Below are positions 42,109 to 43,739 of a stretch of DNA of 43,739 nucleotides, piece after piece (positions within the stretch are counted from its first letter, which is position 1; each line of letters begins with the position of its first letter). This stretch comes from Patescibacteria group bacterium (GTDB lineage Bacteria; Patescibacteriota; Microgenomatia; UBA8517; UBA10165): the NCBI GenBank assembly GCA_038062025.1, contig JBBTXW010000014.1, positions 1-43,739 of the forward strand. Direction: 5' to 3'. The position numbers and the translations under genes were made by a program. The notes under the pieces were generated by a model that worked only from the letters and a program-made list of their open reading frames with translations, was not told the DNA's origin and made no database searches.

Positions 42109-43281
42109 ATGGAGAAAATTCAGAGCCAGATTGACAAAATTCAAGAAGAAATGGCCAAGGAGCCGTACCACAAGGGAACTGAAGGCTGGTTTGGTTTGAT
42201 GCGGGCAAAGATTGCAAAATTGAAGGCACAACTTGAGTGGCGTCCCCCAACGCAGAGTGCTTCGGGGGGTAAAAGAGGTTTTGGGGTTCGCAAATTTGGA
42301 GATGCAACGGTAGTTTTGGTTGGCTTTCCGTCAGTTGGCAAATCCACACTTTTGAATGCGCTTACGAATGCCAAATCCCCGACTGCTGAGTACGCTTTTA
42401 CAACAGTAACTGTCATTCCTGGGATGATGAATTACAATTCTGCACAAATCCAGATTTTGGATGTTCCGGGACTTGTTGAGGGTGCGGCAAAAGGGCGCGG
42501 CAGGGGGCGTGAGGTACTTTCTGTTGTTCGCGGCGCGGACCTTCTATTAATAATTGTAGAAGTTGGAAAAGAAGAGGAGCAATATCAACGAATAACGAGT
42601 GAATTGGAAGTGAATGGTGTGCGAATAAATCAAAGTACACCACAGGTGGTTGTAAAAAAGACACAGAGGGGTGGTATAAAAATTAATTTTTCAGTAATAC
42701 AGGAACTAGACAGAGAAACAATAATTGGAGTGGCGAAGGAATTCGGAGTAATCAATGGTGAGATAACTGTTAAAGAAAGGCTATCGTTGGACCGATTAGT
42801 TGATGTATTTGCGACGAATAGGGTGTATGTGCCGGCAATCTTTGTTATTAATAAGGTGGACAAAGTGTCCTCCACTCCCGAGGTTCAGGTACAATTCCAC
42901 CTCGGAGGTGGAATAGATACGACACGTCGGGAGATTATTGGAATTAGTGCCGAGAAGAATATCGGATTGGAAGAACTTCGAGAGAAGATTTGGGAAGAGT
43001 TGGGGTTGGTAAGAGTTTACTTGCGCGATCCGAAGAAAAGTTTGAGTGACCACCATATCGGAGTAAGCTCCTCAACTATGTATAAAGGTGTAGCTTCAGA
43101 TTTAGAGCCGATGATTATGCATATTGGAGAGAATTTGCAGGATTTATTGAATAGACTTGGGCAGGATGCGACGGTTGGAAAAAATGAAGCTAAGATTTGG
43201 GGTCCGGGAGCAAGGTTTGAAGGGCAAACTGTGTCTTTGTCGACAAAAGTTCAGGATGGGATGGAAGTGACGTTTGTTTAA
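42109..43281 (+). CDS. DRG/Rbg-type OBG-family GTPase with TGS domain
   Basis: N-terminal helices KIQEEM..KGTE..RAKIAKLK, GFGVRKFGDA, GFPSVGKSTL, YAFTT, DVPG, NKVD, ISA, KIWG. Confidence 0.9.
   Translation: MEKIQSQIDKIQEEMAKEPYHKGTEGWFGLMRAKIAKLKAQLEWRPPTQSASGGKRGFGVRKFGDATVVLVGFPSVGKSTLLNALTNAKSPTAEYAFTTVTVIPGMMNYNSAQIQILDVPGLVEGAAKGRGRGREVLSVVRGADLLLIIVEVGKEEEQYQRITSELEVNGVRINQSTPQVVVKKTQRGGIKINFSVIQELDRETIIGVAKEFGVINGEITVKERLSLDRLVDVFATNRVYVPAIFVINKVDKVSSTPEVQVQFHLGGGIDTTRREIIGISAEKNIGLEELREKIWEELGLVRVYLRDPKKSLSDHHIGVSSSTMYKGVASDLEPMIMHIGENLQDLLNRLGQDATVGKNEAKIWGPGARFEGQTVSLSTKVQDGMEVTFV
42873..42932 (+). repeat. REP family A copy inserted in frame in the GTPase
   Basis: CACTCCCGAGGTTCAGGTACAA-TTCCACCTCGGAGGTGGAA-TAGATACGACACGTCGGGA, read as TPEVQVQFHLGGGIDTTRR. 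Confidence 0.88.
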
Positions 43282-43643
43282 ATCTTTTTTATTTTCTCTC
43301 GGGAGAAGTTTTTGGCGGAATCCCTTTGGGAATAAACAAGTTTTCTTGCCTCAGGCATTGAAAGTCCTTGCAAGATTCCACCGATCAAAACACCCTTTGT
43401 AAACGCGGCATCAATAAAGCCGCCTGATGAATATATGGATACGCAAAGAAGGACCAAGCAATTAAACCAATGATGGAAGTGGATAACGCGAGTTCTTGTG
43501 AATACTCTTACAGATGGCGAGACCTGGATTCTTTTATGGAGTTTGATTTCGGGGATTTTGTGCCAAAAATCTGACTCCCTGTGGGTCAGGTAGCGAAAGG
43601 CAGTAAAGCCGGATATGACTGCAGGCACAACTTCAAAGCTCAT
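43278..43643 (-). CDS. Hypothetical membrane protein
   Basis: IHFHHWFN motif and hydrophobic helices; TTGACA promoter upstream of ATG 43643. Confidence 0.7.
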   Translation of the reverse strand: MSFEVVPAVISGFTAFRYLTHRESDFWHKIPEIKLHKRIQVSPSVRVFTRTRVIHFHHWFNCLVLLCVSIYSSGGFIDAAFTKGVLIGGILQGLSMPEARKLVYSQRDSAKNFSREKIKKI

Positions 43644-43739
43644 GCTATTGATTATTAGATAGTGGTGAACACTTGTCAAGGCAATGTACTGGCCACCTAG
43701 ATAGAGAACGGTTGTCCTCCTTTCTGATTAAGATAGCAC

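Noticed and set aside
5463-42932. Palindromic repeats as a CRISPR array
   Set aside because: Copies are dispersed or in doublets, with no regular repeat-spacer period and no cas genes
656-43056. Numerous 60-150 aa antisense or alternate-frame ORFs in the track
   Set aside because: They overlap well-supported genes and show no motifs or start signals; treated as shadow ORFs
1-43739. Alternative genetic code (TGA = Gly, as in Gracilibacteria/Absconditabacteria)
   Set aside because: Conserved genes are full length in code 11, and TGA ends genes at ATGA/TGATG overlaps
43700-43739. Strong SD-like AAAGGAGG on the minus strand at the window end
   Set aside because: No properly spaced start codon follows, and the context is cut off by the window edge

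Overview
A 43.7-kb segment of a bacterial chromosome in the standard code (TGA = stop). The gene content and style point to Patescibacteria/CPR, probably Microgenomates (inference). It holds a type IV pilin cluster (about ten pilin or pilin-like genes, pilD, pilM/N/O-like); translation and housekeeping genes (khpA, rpsP, rnc, acp-like, nusB, rpmF, recG, tyrS, PBP1A, pheST, rplT-rpmI-infC, thrS, tig, murE); four tRNAs; an isoprenoid-related cluster; secreted hydrolases; and a DRG-type GTPase. The most unusual signal is a dense layer of short repeats. A RAYT-type HUH/Y1 transposase is flanked by nested-palindrome REPs that recur elsewhere, once in frame inside the GTPase. A second 22-nt REP-like family with compensatory stem changes occurs only at aminoacyl-tRNA synthetase genes. 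Further palindromes and 7-/9-nt-period arrays sit inside CDSs, signal peptides and RNA leaders. Two T-box riboswitches with very short Stem I (Phe, Thr) are present, and most genes appear to be leaderless. All calls come from reading the sequence; no searches were run.
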